A model generated the notes under the pieces. The model made no database searches and had not been told where the DNA came from. It saw nothing but the letters and a program-made list of their open reading frames with translations. Positions 1 through 13,986 of a DNA stretch of 64,000 nt are shown here, in pieces. Position 1 is the stretch's first letter. Each line of letters starts with the position of its first letter. The DNA is from Schmidtea nova. Taxonomy: Eukaryota. The stretch lies in contig CM097883.1 in NCBI GenBank assembly GCA_044892505.1, positions 226,052,001-226,116,000 of the forward strand. Reading direction: 5' to 3'. A program made the translations under genes and the position numbers.

Positions 1-1717
1 AAATCCTACTATTCTTGAATCATCATATCTGACTTGAGGTGAAATATTTTTCTGTTTAAATTATGAATTCTGGATGTCATTTTGAAAACAACGATTTGTA
101 TTTTTTGACATTTTTAACTAACTTTTGAGGATGATTAGGATATAGGAAATGAAAAAGAGCCTCCTGCACAAATTCGAATTTAGTTTACACATACCAAAAA
201 TGGAAGGTTGTTTTCTGATGTATGCTCTGTTTTCTAATCTGTTCTCATTCTGTTGTTTATTCTAATTTCATATCATTTAGTAAATTAAAAAAAGTATAAA
301 AAATCTTTAAAGAAAAATCACCGAAAAATTACAATTGCATGATTTGGCCCTCCTTGATATTGAAGTAAGTGAGACTAAAATACAATAGATCCTTTTGATA
401 AATTTGCAGCTGAAGAAAGTCAAATAGAACTTTAAAAATTGTAATTAAATTGTTTTGGCTGTCATATTTTTGAGTAATATAAAAGTTTAAAAAAATAATA
501 GCTTTTTTTAAAATACGTATTTCAATCATAAAATGATGCTCTGGTAAGCAGGCCCAAAAATTGCAATTGCACTACTTAAGACATGCAAATTTCGAGCAGT
601 TTAAAGACTAAGCATGAAATATCTGAGAGTCCATAAATTAATGAAGGAACAATGCATGAATCCTGTAGTCACTTTATAGAAACACAAAAATAAAAATGAC
701 ATAACGTTAAACCGTTTGTTCAGCTATATGCTGTGAAGAAATAAGTGCATATAATCTAAGTAAAAAAATTGTTACGCAGCACGAAATATCAAGATTTATA
801 TTTTTTGAAAAACCGAAAGCTTCTTCGAAGACAATATTAATATAGATGCGATATATCTGAATATTTTACAACTATATTTTGTTCCTATATTAATCAGACA
901 TGAATTAAATTCTGATGAATTTTTTATCGAATGATCTACCACAATATAACCCCTCTGATTACTTGAATAATATCGATTTATTTGTGCTTTCAACAAAATA
1001 AATGTCTAAACATTAAAAACCAAGAATTATCCAATAGAAACTTGTGAACGTCATAAGTATCGAAAGATCAAATATCCTATGTTTCCAATTAATTCTGGAA
1101 TAAACTCAAAGGATATTTAACAACATCTAGTTGATTTAAGATCCACGAAGTGACTCCTCAGCAGCTGCTCAATGCCCCTATGAATTAAGATGGGGGGGCA
1201 GAGGCTGATATATATAAGGGCTAGTAGGATTGATCCCAGGGGCCAGAACTGTCAGGTCGATACTAAAACAAATAATAGCAAAAGTACCTTTATAAATTAT
1301 CCTAGTGTCGCGCTTCAACAAAATGAAATAAAAATGCTTTTACTTTAATTATTTTTTCTTTGTTAATTAATATTTATCTACTTCTGTTTGAAAGTAATAA
1401 AAGCATGTCAAAATAATTTTATTTCAAATATGAAGTAAATAATAAAATAAAGTGCACAAATTAGCATTTTTCAAAACCATTTATAAATTTATGAAATTAA
1501 AAAGCAAAATTTTAAAAAAATTCTTGTAACCAGAATTAAATCCTTTTGTGTAAACTTTACCAGAGTTTTTCTGAGAGTACTGCTTTATGTGAGGAGTAAC
1601 CGTTTTTTTACTAAGAATTGCACATTTTTACATGTTGGAAATCTGAGAGCTGTCTTTTAATGTGTAAATTTGAAGAATTTTTGATAAATTGTTCGAATTT
1701 TTGAAAGGAAAATGTTA

Positions 1718-1718
<1 letters not shown>

Positions 1719-1787
<69 letters not shown>
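1719..1787. repeat. (TA)n microsatellite; others at ~7342-7370, 18460-18490, 25070-25094, 60208-60283, 62136-62181
   Basis: Pure TA dinucleotide runs seen directly. Confidence 0.95.
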
Positions 1788-1791
<4 letters not shown>

Positions 1792-3029
1792 GATTATATT
1801 ATAAAAAATTACAAAAAAAAATAATATAAATAAATACGCAATAAATTATGAATTAGTAATTTTTATATAATTCAATATCCCCCAGAAAGAGTTGCTATGC
1901 AGTTTTCTGTTTGATAATACGCAATATTATGTAGTCAGGGTTATTTGGCTTGGTTTAGATACCTCACATTACCCTAACACACTTGAAAGAGACTGTTGAA
2001 AATTCGTGTAACTTTTCAAAAATATTTTGATCAATAGGCCTTATAAAAAATATGGAAATTTCTGAATTTTAAATGCATTTAATGCTGTTTTTTTAGACTC
2101 ATGAAAAAAATTTTTAATTATTTTTTTAAAATTTGTCCACATTACGGGTATGATAATGAAATAGGTTGATAAAATATCTAATTTACTTGGGTTTAATATT
2201 TCAATATAAAATAATAACAACTAAAATATATATTTTGTAATTAAATAAATGTGGACATTTATATTTATTGACTTTCACTGAGATTCCGTGTGTTCTTGGG
2301 TTTCATGGAAACAAGGTTTAATTTCTCTACAAATCACTTTAAAGAAAAAATCATTTCGATATATCGCGAATATAGCACGAGATAACTTGAATAAAATCTG
2401 TTGATATCTCGTAATGATATTTCTAACTCTGATTGCTTTTTTATGAGCTTAAAATGTATTAATAAGTTTATCTCTCTTTTAATTAATTGAATATATTATA
2501 TTTTTCCTCAATTTTCTTCAATTCATAATTTGTAATTCGTCAATTTAGCACATCTTTTGGCCTTCTGTATTTTCTTTATTGATTATTTTTTCAGAAATAA
2601 TTTCTCAATTTTTCTTTTACTCATTTAACGTTTTTTTGCCTTTTTACGCAATGTTTATTTCAGTCCTGAAAAGATCCTGGTCAATCAAATACGAAATTCT
2701 TTCCAATTGACTTATCACTTTATCCTTTGTTTTTTTTCCGCCTAAGGAAAAAATCAAAAAAGTGATCAAAGATATTTTAAAGATCAAAATAAACTTTGCA
2801 AAGAAAGGCTAGCCACAACTGACGATTCTAGAAAAAAAACCAACTGAAAAAAATAACCACCTAACCCTAATAAAAATAAGGTCTTTTAATTATAATACCC
2901 AGTTGGTATTTTTTCGAATTGGTATTATTTCCCAAAGCCACAACAAACTTTATTTTTATATTATAATAATCTCTACTAACGACAAACAATAAAAATATTT
3001 TTATTTACTTTATATTTTATTATTATTAT

Positions 3030-3180
3030 TGTTAAATAACAAAATAAGTCTTTCGTGTAGTTTTGTTAGGTGAAAATTTTCGAATATAAAATAATCCTTA
3101 TCAATCTTAAAAAAAAAATTGTAAAATCGAAAATTTTCACCTAATAAAACTTTTCAGAAAAGGCTTATTTTGTCATTTAT
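3030..3180. repeat. Imperfect inverted repeat, MITE-like
   Basis: Left arm ...aaaataagtctttcgtgtagttttgttaggtgaaaattttcga pairs with right arm tcgaaaattttcacctaataaaacttttcagaaaaggcttatttt; spacer ~45 nt. Confidence 0.6.
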
Positions 3181-4559
3181 TAATAATTTAATATTTAATT
3201 AATTAAAAAGTTACCAAGAAACCATTATTTAATCTTATTATTAATGATAATATTATAATTAATAATATTATAATTTTTTTACTCAAATATATCACGCTGT
3301 CTATGTTACCGAAGAAGCATTGAATAATTGTATTAAAATATTCATTTTTACGGCAGCAGAGGCAGCAGCAGTAGCAGCAGTAGCAGCATCAGCAGCAAAG
3401 AACCAATACCATTTAAGATTGAAAGTTCCATCAATTGCATTTGTTTCAGTGTATCAAGTGACTCCGGCTACAAAGGAATACGTGTTCAAATATTAAAATT
3501 GGTTAGTCATACAATGAGTTCGCGTTGCATTTAACTTGTGTGTATGATGAAATAAATCGAGCGTGACGCTGTTAGTTTTATATAGCATGACAAACTTGAT
3601 AGACCGGTGATGGTGAAATTGAAGATTAATCAATACTACTCATTAAATTAGTAAACTAACATTAATAATAAAATTGTTAATTATATAGGTTAATCAATAT
3701 CATTATTGCTGCAAATGTTCGCATCAATAAATCAATAAGAATCAGATAACCGCGAGTTGGCGGAAATAATAACGAAAATTTTGTTTAAATGATGTTTCAC
3801 AATATTCAATTAAATTTTTCAATAAAGAAATTTTTTATGAACAATTGAAAATTCATCCAAATTGACTAGGTTCAATAGAATTTTATTTTGATCTTTTTCA
3901 GATTAAAATGACTGCCACCTCAATTGTGCCAGAACCGGATGCTCCGGTATCTAAAATTGATCTTCTGATTTCATTGGAAAACCTCAAGCTGTACTAAATG
4001 TTTATAAAATATAATTTTTTATTCATTTACTATACCGTTTTCAATAAGATTGTATAAATTGATATTGGATTGTTACTCGGCAACGGAAAGAATATTGGCG
4101 AAAGAAAATGTTTGAAAAAGTTTTGGGTATAACCATAATTGAATGTCTTGTGTAGTGTGGACGAGTTCAGCGATCAATGTATAAAATTATTATTAAAATG
4201 ATAACCATCAAAAAAATAGCAAACAAAATTTAAACTGATATTTTTTTTGAGAGGTCAAACTGTGTGTTCCAATCAGCACAAAGTAATGAATATGTCGTTA
4301 TTGCATTGTAATCAATGAAATTGCTGTCATTGTTTCTGGAAATGAGGCTAGACGGTGAATTATACATGGTCGCTAATGCAGAAGCACAAACCGAAAATGT
4401 TATTTTAAGTGAGGTCTTGAAATGATCAGAATATAAATATTTTAACGTTTGTCAGTGAAATATAATACATACATGTTGGGAAGTATGGGTGTTGTTACAA
4501 AATTTATCATTCACTCTAGGGATTAATACAACCAATAGCCCATCATAAATATTAAACTA

Positions 4560-5340
4560 TCTCACTCTTGTACCCATAGTTTCTCCCTGACTAACTATGT
4601 TGGTACTGTACACGGTGGCGAGAATCTAGTGAGCAGGTGATATTTGTTACTAAAACTAATCCTCACTATATTCTCTCTTGGGTTCCTGCTGCCATCGTAA
4701 AATAAATTTCGTATTTAAAACTCGTTTCGTATTTTCCACATCAATTTTTAATTTACTTCTGGTTCAGGTTTCAATCTTTTTCTTTGTCAATTTCAAATTT
4801 TCTACTAAATCTTGTCTACCACAATTTTTCTTACTTCCACATCCTCTGTCTACAATTCTTAAATGTTCTGCCTGAATTTTCTCTAAAATTCTGACCACTT
4901 CTGCTGTGCTTCCTCCTTTTATATCTCGTCACTTTGTGGCACTTCATCTTTGCCACTCCTGTCTCTGGTATTTTCAAATTTTTTCTCCGCAATTCCCATG
5001 TTGCGCCTGACAGTTCGGCACTCGTGACAACTTGCTTTTTTTCCATTTCTGCTTCTGGCATTTCCCATACCTTTTTAGAACTCTCTTTGCCGAGCTGCCT
5101 TTGACAGCTCGGCACTCGGGCTACTTTGTTTTTTCTTTTTGCCGCTCCAGCCTGTTTTCTTTTCTGACAAGCTGTCGAGATAAGCTCATTGTTGTTATTT
5201 TTTTTTCCCGATTTGAAATTCCTTTTCAGTTTGTACTAATTAATTTTATTTTTTTTTTGTTTTTATTTTCTTGTCTGATTCCTATTTCTCATTTCTTTTT
5301 ATTTCCTTTTTCTTTTCTGAGTTCCCATTAGCCGTCTCAT
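4560..5340 (-). pseudogene. Highly degenerate gag-like/retroelement remnant
   Basis: GA-rich minus strand with broken frames; one segment reads LFYDGSRNPREY, resembling the Ty3 gag N-terminal FxG motif; many stops. Confidence 0.3.
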
Positions 5341-6675
5341 TCATCATGACGATTTTCCCCCAGGTAATTTTATTTATTTATTCGTAAATTGTTATTTAGG
5401 TATCCTCAGCAATACAATGAAAAAAAAATTTAATCAAACTTTTCCGCATTTTAAAATTTGATGGATCACCATAACAATGGTGAATAATTCGACAAAACAA
5501 TGATTGATTTTGACTTTTTACCATTTAATAAACAACTTCATTATACACCGAAGAACCGCATTTTTTTCCAATTAGGACAATTTTACAAAAAATGAATTGG
5601 AAATCTCATAGTATTATGTCAGGTGAACATAGATTTTCGATTCAACTGACATTTTTTCTGAGTTTATTGACATATGCATTCGCTTTATTTTTATGGTTTA
5701 CTACTCTTCCTATTAGCAACTCTTGGGCATTTTTTGTAACATGGCTTAATTAACAATAAAATACTTTCCATAGTAACTTAACAGTTTAGAGACCCTTATT
5801 CAAACCCTACCAGTCAGTAAATACATTTAAAACTTCAATGGTTGAAAAAGTGTGCAATGACATTGTCAGGTCATTACTTAACACCATTGTCTGATAAATA
5901 ATTTGAAATCACTAACGCTGACTTCATAATTATTCAGGTCATCATATAAATTTTATAAAAATTATACCATATAATAAGTTATTTATGACTATTGGTTGTA
6001 ATTTCTTGGCCAAATTTGATGAAAGTAGGTCATAAAACTCTAATTGATAAATTATGACAATCTAAACTGATAGAAAATAATTGTAGAATAATAATGCGAA
6101 CAATGTCGCTTTGATTTTGCCTACACAAAAATTTATTTTGATCTGATTTCAAAGTCGGTCGCGGTGCACGATTTTGGGCACCAGTTGAGAATCTGACAAA
6201 TTAAATCAGAGTTTGTTTTGTGAAATCTAGTGATAAATATTTTATAGATATTTTAATAGAATTTTATTATTGAAAAGAGCGCATTTTACTTTAGTTCATT
6301 TGATAATCTATTAAAATGTGTTAAATTTTATTTCTATTTTAAAACATTTAGCCTGTTTAAAAAATTTCCCACAATATCCTTGCGTTAAAGTATGAATTGT
6401 ACGCTATCAATAACGCGCTGAACACGTGGAGAAATGGTTTATTGTAATGATTCTTATCTGGGAGACACGAACTCCCAAAGGTCGGCAAAACAATGTGAAA
6501 ATCCATATATAATTAATCCTTCAAAATTCTTTATTTCGGGAAAAAAGTTTAAGGTCAACTGCATGTAGAAATTTTAGATAAAAATAAAGTTTTAGGATTT
6601 CATTAAAATTTTTTTCCACTTTTTGTACAACTTCATGAATCATAATTATCTTTTGGCTTCACTTTTGATCTCTAA

Positions 6676-6890
6676 TTATTTGATCTAAATAATTTTCATT
6701 ATTATATGACTATAGATCAAATTTTTTTTTGGTTGTTAAGTACCCGATGTTTTAGGACAACCTTTATCAAGTGTGTATTTCGAAATACACACTTGATAAA
6801 GGCTGTGCCAAAATATTGTGTACTTAAAAACCAAAAAAAATTTTTTTTTGATCTAGTCATACTATTATGGAAATTATTGATATAAATAAC
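6676..6890. repeat. Spacerless imperfect palindrome (~215 bp), foldback-like
   Basis: Centre at tttcgaaa (~6781); core ctttatcaagtgtgtatttc/gaaatacacacttgataaag; arms continue with mismatches to about 6676 and 6890. Confidence 0.75.
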
Positions 6891-7337
6891 TTAAATTAAA
6901 TTATATCATTTACGAAAATCATTATTAAGGATATAAGTATTATAATTGAGAACTTCTTCGTGTTGTTTCCATTAAATAAGACAACAGCAGATTTTGAATT
7001 TTAATAAATTAATGTCTGCAAACCAGTTTTTATTCTTAACAAACTTTTTAAAATAAAATGTCATCACAGAGAACATAAAGATTGATTTAATTAAATAATT
7101 TTTAATATTATTTCAGCGATTTTTTCTTACATTTAAATTTAACCCTTAGACTAAATTTTTTTCTATTTTATACAATTGAGTGTTTTGATTGTGAACATTA
7201 GAATTATGACTTTAACACTTTTTTCTTCGGGTTTTTTAGTTTTATGGTTTTTTCCGATGAAATTTTGAGTATAGATCACATTTTTGGCATCAGAGTTGAT
7301 AAAAACGTCGCGTCCTGACTCATAAGAATCTAAAAAT

Positions 7338-7372
<35 letters not shown>

Positions 7373-7467
7373 ATGTAATTTTCCGTCTGATAGAGTCTAT
7401 CAGATAGACTACTGTTACATTTTAAAAATACAATACTTATGAAAATAAATATTTTTATTATGTAAAT

Positions 7468-9081
7468 CAGGAACGGCAAAGATGTCGACCACGTAATTAT
7501 TGAAAGTCGCCTGTAAATAAAAAGTCATATTCCAGAAAAAAATTATATCCTTGAATATAAATAATTTTGAATATGATTAATAAGCGCAAAGAAATAAAAA
7601 CGAAATCGCTTTACAAAGATAAACAATTTTGCTTTTCTGAGTTAGAATTGAAAAATATTCGTTTTGTTTAAAAATTCTTCTAACTTGTCACTTCAATTTG
7701 AAATATCGTTCCATAACAGCAATTAATTATATCAATTATTTTTATTTTTTGTCTCATAAATTCGAATATTTTTTTTCTAGCCATTATGACTCCACCAGGC
7801 AAAAAACTAAAATACAAATATCACTATCATAGTGAATGGGAACAATACATTTTCTTTATTATGATGCAAGATAAGTGTGTTTGTCTCATTTGTCAATCAA
7901 ACGTAGCACTACCTAAAAAGCCAATGTTGAACGACATTTTTGAACTGTTCACCAACAATATAAAATTGACTTTCTATTACATTCCGAAGCACGAAAAGAA
8001 AAAATCAAAAAATTTAAAGTCACAATTAGGTGCACAACAAACTTTAAAATAGTGAACTATTACTACATACGAATGTAAGCTGGCAAAGTCGTGCATAATC
8101 TTAAAAGCGATTCAGAGATCTTTTAGCTGAAATAAAAGAGTTCTTGGCTACAAAACAAGAATCATATTCTCAATTGGAAGATAAAAATTGGTTACTGGAT
8201 CTTGCTTTTCTTTGTGACATTACAGAACAGTTGAATAGGTTAAATCAAAACTTCAAGGGAAACACAAATTTATATTCTACATGACAACGGCAGTGAAAAC
8301 GTTTAAAGAAAAGTTGTCCAAGTTTGCAGGTCAATTAACACGAGGTAATTTGAAACATTTCAAAAATATGGAAGAAGAATCTAAACACGTGCCAAAGACT
8401 GTTTATGATCATATATGCTACTCAGGTAATGAATTCAGTACACGTTTTAAAGATTTTTCTAAAATTGAAAAGATTGCAACCTTCATGCCATTTCCATTTA
8501 ATTATTCTAACAATACAGAAGAGATCGGAGCTTCTCTGGAAGATGAGATAATAACATTGAAAACGATATATTCATTAAATCAAGAGCTACCGCTGAAAGT
8601 AATTTTTTATAGTCTGCTTTCGCAAAGATTACCCAACTTTGCAAAGTGTTGCAAGATATCTATCTGCAATTTTTGGATCCACCTACCTTCGCAAATCAGC
8701 CTTCTCCTCAATGAATGTAATTACGACAAAACATCGATCTCGTTTAACAGATGATCATTTAGTTTCACGCTTGCAAATCGCCATAAGCCCTTATGAGCCA
8801 AAATATGAAGATCTTGCTGCAAACTTGCAGAGCCAAGTATCATGTGCACATAGCAATAAATAAGAATTTTTAATTTCAATTATATATTATGTTAATTTCA
8901 AGTTTTGGTGTCATTTGTAGGCATATTAACTTATATTTTACAATTTTGTTTGTTTTTTAATAAATAAAGCAGATTACAGTTGAAAGCGCTCTTTTGATAT
9001 TTAAAATAATTTTTCTAGTAGACCGTGAGGATTAATTTAGCCAAAAGTCGCCAACGAGACTTGAAAGTTTTGCCATTCCTG
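7468..9081 (+). mobile_element. Internally deleted hAT DNA transposon (SPIN/Charlie/GTF2IRD2-like)
   Basis: TIRs caggaacggcaaa / tttgccattcctg; fragments EWEQYIFF..KCVCLICQSNVA (BED-like), ttggttactggatcttgc (WLLDL), FGSTYL..SAFSSM..KHRSRLTDDHL (hAT C-terminus); TSD degenerate. Confidence 0.85.
7786..8863 (+). pseudogene. hAT transposase pseudogene
   Basis: ORFs 7786-8052, 8281-8754 and 8639-8863 carry hAT motifs in different frames. Confidence 0.85.
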
Positions 9082-9242
9082 ATATACACTATCTATAAAA
9101 GTTAAGAAAATATTCCAATTTAGAAAAACCATAATTGGTCATATTAAGGATATTATCAAGATAATGTTTAATTGACCGCTCATTCAAATGCTTCCTCATT
9201 ACTTTATCAAAAACTTCCAAATTGCGAATTAATTCTAATTTA

Positions 9243-10536
9243 GGTGGTGCGGTCAAAAAGTTTCCGGCCTACCCTACTTAACAAATTGATTTTTAATGGA
9301 AATAGGTTTATTTTATTGGAAATTTATTGACAATTTCATGTTAAAATCTTATTGACCTAATCCATTTACTTTATCTGTTGCAGATGGAAATGTCGTTGCA
9401 AGTGCATTCGCTGGAAAAAATTGAGTATCGCAGTGCTATTTGTTTTTGTGTTCTTCTCGGCCAAACCAACCAGGAAATCATGGCAAATCTGAATCGAGCC
9501 TATGGCGAAAAGTGTCCCTCTCAGTCTACCATCAAGTTTTGGATTGCTGAATTCAAACGGGTTCGGCAAAGTGTGTCAGACGAGGAACGAGAGGGTCGAC
9601 CAACGACTTCGAGAAATGAAGATGTGAAGGAAAAATTGGAGAAAATGGTACTGGAAGATCGCCGTATAACTACCAGGCAGCTGGAAGAATCCCTACAAAT
9701 ATCACACGGCACCGTAGTGCAATTATTGAAAGACCTTAACTTCAACAAGGTGATGTCTCGCTTAGTGCCTCGCTTTTTGACAACTGAGATGTGCAATAAC
9801 CGAAAGAATGCGTGTCTCATGAACCTCGCCATTTACCGCAAGTATGGAGAAAGATTTATCCAAAACATCCTCACTGTTGATGAGACACCGTTGCCCCTAC
9901 ATCAGTCTGAATCAAAGCGGGAGTCTATGTAATGGAGAAAGCCGGAAGAAGGAAAAGTTTGGAAGTCTCGTTCCGGAATGTCGCACAGACGGGAACTCAT
10001 GTTGACTGTGTTTTGGAGTCATAAGGGAGTGATCCTCACCGACTTTCTTGAGAAGGGACGGACAATCAGCGGAGAATATTACGGTTATCTAGTTGAGCAA
10101 GCTCGTAGAAAGTGCCGAAAACCATATGGTCTCCCTCACTGGTTTCAACATGACAATGCGCCAGTTCACACCAGCCGCATTGCCCAAGCAAAACTCAATG
10201 ACTGTGTCTTCGAGATCATTAGCCACCCTCCATACAGCCCTGATTTGGCTCCCTCAGATTACTGCCTATTTACGGAATTGAAGAAGCAACTGCGGGGACA
10301 GTATTTCATGGATGCAGGCGATTTAGAGGAGGCTGTAAATCGGATTTTTGACCAGCTTCCACCCTCATTTTACCATGGGGCATTCGAAGCCCTCCCTGGT
10401 CGTTGGCAGAATGTGTGTCGATGCCGGAGGTAATTGGTTCGAGAAGTAATGGTATTGGTGTTGATAAAAATATAGTTGTGGTTTCTTGCTTTTACTTTTT
10501 TCTGTGGTAGGCCGGAAACTTTTTGACTGCACCACG
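9243..10536 (+). mobile_element. Full-length mariner element (1294 bp)
   Basis: TA flanks; ~31-bp TIR (c/g)gtggtgc(a/g)gtcaaaaagtttccggcctacc at both ends. Confidence 0.95.
9384..10449 (+). pseudogene. Mariner DD34D transposase with one premature TAA (9930-9932) and a C-terminal frameshift
   Basis: HTH region, LVPRFLT, TVDET, HDNAPVH, YSPDLAPSDY motifs. Confidence 0.93.
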
Positions 10537-10860
10537 TATGCCAACTACAACGAAACAAATGGGTAATTTCTAAATTATCTATGAGTATTGTCGAGAGAAG
10601 TTCAAAAACAAGGCAAAAGAATTTGAAAAATCAAGTTAAAAGGGTATGTGAAATTTCTTTAGGATGGATCGGATTAAGTGAATTGTGTAAAATGTCGAAA
10701 AAAGGACTGCTATTAAAAGACTCATATTAATCGTACAAACAAAAATGTGAACAAAAGTGGAGATATATTTTACAAATTATACACAAATTTTTCAAAGAAC
10801 AAATGACAAAGTACATACATATTTACAAGTAATACAAGTAAAAGAGAACTACAAAGTTTA

Positions 10861-12099
10861 AAATGAAATAACAAAAACAATAGGTTATTTAAGAAAATAC
10901 AAATACATTTATTATAGGATATGAATTAATTAAATTTTATATGCAAAATATAAAAAAGAGCAGCCTAACTAGTTTAATCAGTAAGCAATGCCTTATCACT
11001 ATGAGTCTTAGTTTTGTGTCTTCTAGTCTTCTTTTGCCATTCGTTTATTTAGATTAAGCTTACTCGAATCATTCTTTAAATTAAGAAACATGACAATGTC
11101 TAAGACATGTTTGGTCGGGTGAGACCAAGTTTTTCATTTTTTGTGCCTTTTTTGTTCACCATTGAATTCTCAGTAGATTGGTATAAAAATTATTGAAATC
11201 TGAGCATTATTGAAAGTTTTGGAAAAAATGTTGAAAAAATTAATTTATTTTATATTTTTTGTAAAAATAAATAAAAATTAATAAATTTCAGTATTGTGTC
11301 ATCAATTACATAATAAAAATAGTGTTATGTAAAATTTTTAAAATTTTTATAAAATTACGTAATATGTATAGTATTATGCAAAATGCACATTATTACGTAA
11401 TTTTTCAAAAAAAAATCGTAATAGAATACCCCCTCCCCGAGGGTGGGGTGGGATGGTGTAAACTTTATAATTATTACGTAAAATGAAATAACAAAAACAA
11501 TAGGTTATTTAAGAAAATACAAATACATTTATTATAGGATATGAATTAATTAAATTTTATATGCAAAATATAAAAAAGAGCAGCCTAACTAGTTTAATCA
11601 GTAAGCAATGCCTTATCACTATGAGTCTTAGTTTTGTGTCTTCTAGTCTTCTTTTGCCATTCGTTTATTTAGATTAAGCTTACTCGAATCATTCTTTAAA
11701 TTAAGAAACATGACAATGTCTAAGACATGTTTGGTCGGGTGAGACCAAGTTTTTCATTTTTTGTGCCTTTTTTGTTCACCATTGAATTCTCAGTAGATTG
11801 GTATAAAAATTATTGAAATCTGAGCATTATTGAAAGTTTTGGAAAAAATGTTGAAAAAATTAATTTATTTTATATTTTTTGTAAAAATAAATAAAAATTA
11901 ATAAATTTCAGTATTGTGTCATCAATTACATAATAAAAATAGTGTTATGTAAAATTTTTAAATTTTTATAAGATTACGTAATGTGTATAGTATTGTGTAA
12001 AATACACATTATTACGTAATTTTTCAAAAAAAATCGTAATAGAATACCCCCTCCCCGCGGGTGGGGTGGGATGGTGTAAACTTTATAATTATTACGTAA
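10861..12099. repeat. 620-bp direct tandem duplication (2 copies)
   Basis: aaatgaaataacaaaaacaatagg starts at 10861 and again at 11481; first ~470 bp near-identical, last ~150 bp diverged. Confidence 0.9.
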
Positions 12100-12461
12100 T
12101 ATTATACAGTTTAGGAATAAATGGCTTGAAACCAAATTGTTCCCGGCTCCACACATCTACCTACAATTTTATGTATAGGCTTTATGAAGGCCTACACACA
12201 GACCGCAACTCTTTCACCAATTTGAACTGCCAAGCTGAACTTTACCAAGCTCTGTTATATTTATATAATTTAATTTCTTTGTTTATAATTGTTATTTTTT
12301 TACGAAATTTTAATTATAAATGTATTTTTTCAGATGAAATTTTAGTGATTAATCCAAAATTATCAGTTCTATGTTTTATTCTTTCCATACATAGTTAATT
12401 ATTGAACTAATATTTAGTATATACTTTATAAATTTAATTTCTAATTTATGAAGTCGATTTA

Positions 12462-13696
12462 CGTGGTGCGCCCATTAAATACCCGGAATGAAGGTTTAAT
12501 AAAATATCAATTTAAATGCTTGTTTTGTGATATATTCCTTGAGTATTATAGGTAACTGAAATAAAATTTGTTTTCCTGTAACGTCTGCATGTTGTCTAAT
12601 TTTTGCGGACATTCAATTTTTCGTCATATTCATGTATTCTCCCTTGGAATTTCGTAATGTAATAAAGTTTCTTGTTTTGAAGAAGTTGCCGGCGAAGGAA
12701 AATATTGAGGAGTGGAGGAATGTATACCATGATGAAAGCCCATCCAAAACTACTATTTATTACTGGATTCCACAATTTAAGCATGGTAGACAGAATGTTT
12801 TTGATGAGAAAAGTGCCGGAAGACCTTTGGAAATTGGCGAAAACATAAAAAAATTTGGAGAATATCGTCAAATTTGAAAGGCGCATCACAACAAGAATGC
12901 TCTGCGACAGTCTGAATGTGAGCAAAGAAAAAAGTCTAAGAAATATTTCTTCATGGTTCGTTCAACGCTTCCTAACAAGTAAAACGTGTGAAAACGGAAA
13001 ACATTGGAGCAAGTTAGAGGTTTTTTTCTGCAAAACATCGTAACAGCTGACGAAACACCGCTCTTTCTCTATTTACCGGACACTAAACAGGAGTCTAAGG
13101 AGTGGAAATTCCCAGATGAGACGAGCACAAAGAAGCTAAAAGCATCAACTTGCCACCGGAAATCTCTCATGCTAACCGTTTTTTGGGATTTCCATGGCGT
13201 GGTTTCAATAGATTTTACTGACAAGGATGTGAAAATTAACTCATATTACTATGTCGAGCAAGTCCAGAAAACCAGGAAGTCCAAACAAAAATCCCGGAAA
13301 TGCAATCTGTATTTTCTTCAAGATAATGCCCCAATACAGACAAGTGCATTCTCTACAAGCGAAATCGAGAAGGTGAGTTTCCACAGCCTCCCACATCCCC
13401 TATTCACCGGACCTAGATCCGAGTGATTTTTATTTGTTCCTCCATTTGAAGAAACACGTATGAGGTAGACCTTTCACTTCAAAAGAAGTATTAATAGAAT
13501 TCCTGGAGAATCAACCCGCCATTTTCTACGAAAATGCCTTCTTGGAGCTGGTAAGACGCTGGTAAGTGTGTACAGAATGGTGGGTCTAATATTGAAAAAT
13601 AAATACCTATACATACCAACCAATGTTGGTTAAATAAATTAGTCATGTATCATGTTCTTTTCTACTTCATTCCGGTTATTTAATGGGCGCACCACG
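12462..13696 (+). mobile_element. Second mariner element (1235 bp), transposase frameshifted
   Basis: TA flanks; TIR cgtggtgcgcccattaaatacccggaatgaag / cttcattccggttatttaatgggcgcaccacg; motifs TADET, QDNAPIQ in ORFs 12632-13426. Confidence 0.93.
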
Positions 13697-13986
13697 TATA
13701 TATCGCAAAGTCAACTTACATTTTATTAATTCTGTTTTCTATATTATAATTGTTAGATGTTGTTAAAAAATCTTCATTTAATTCAGAATCCAAAGTCATA
13801 TCCAAAAATATTTATTTAATTCAAGAATAATTTCGCCTTTGAAGATACTTTAACAAACTAAAAACGAGCATTTTTATTGAAAATACTTATTTAAAATTAT
13901 TATTCTAAAATCTGTTTATATAAAATTTTTTATTTCTATTTATTATTTTAAAATAAACATTAGAAAATTAACAAAATTAAATTTAA

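Noticed and set aside
3353-3480. Poly-Ala-like (GCA/GTA) tract as a host exon
   Set aside because: Short trinucleotide repeat; frames close quickly and no family motif is convincing
4250-4430. Helitron-like fragment (NEIAVIVSGNE..IIHGR)
   Set aside because: One short motif among many stops; no Rep or helicase motifs nearby
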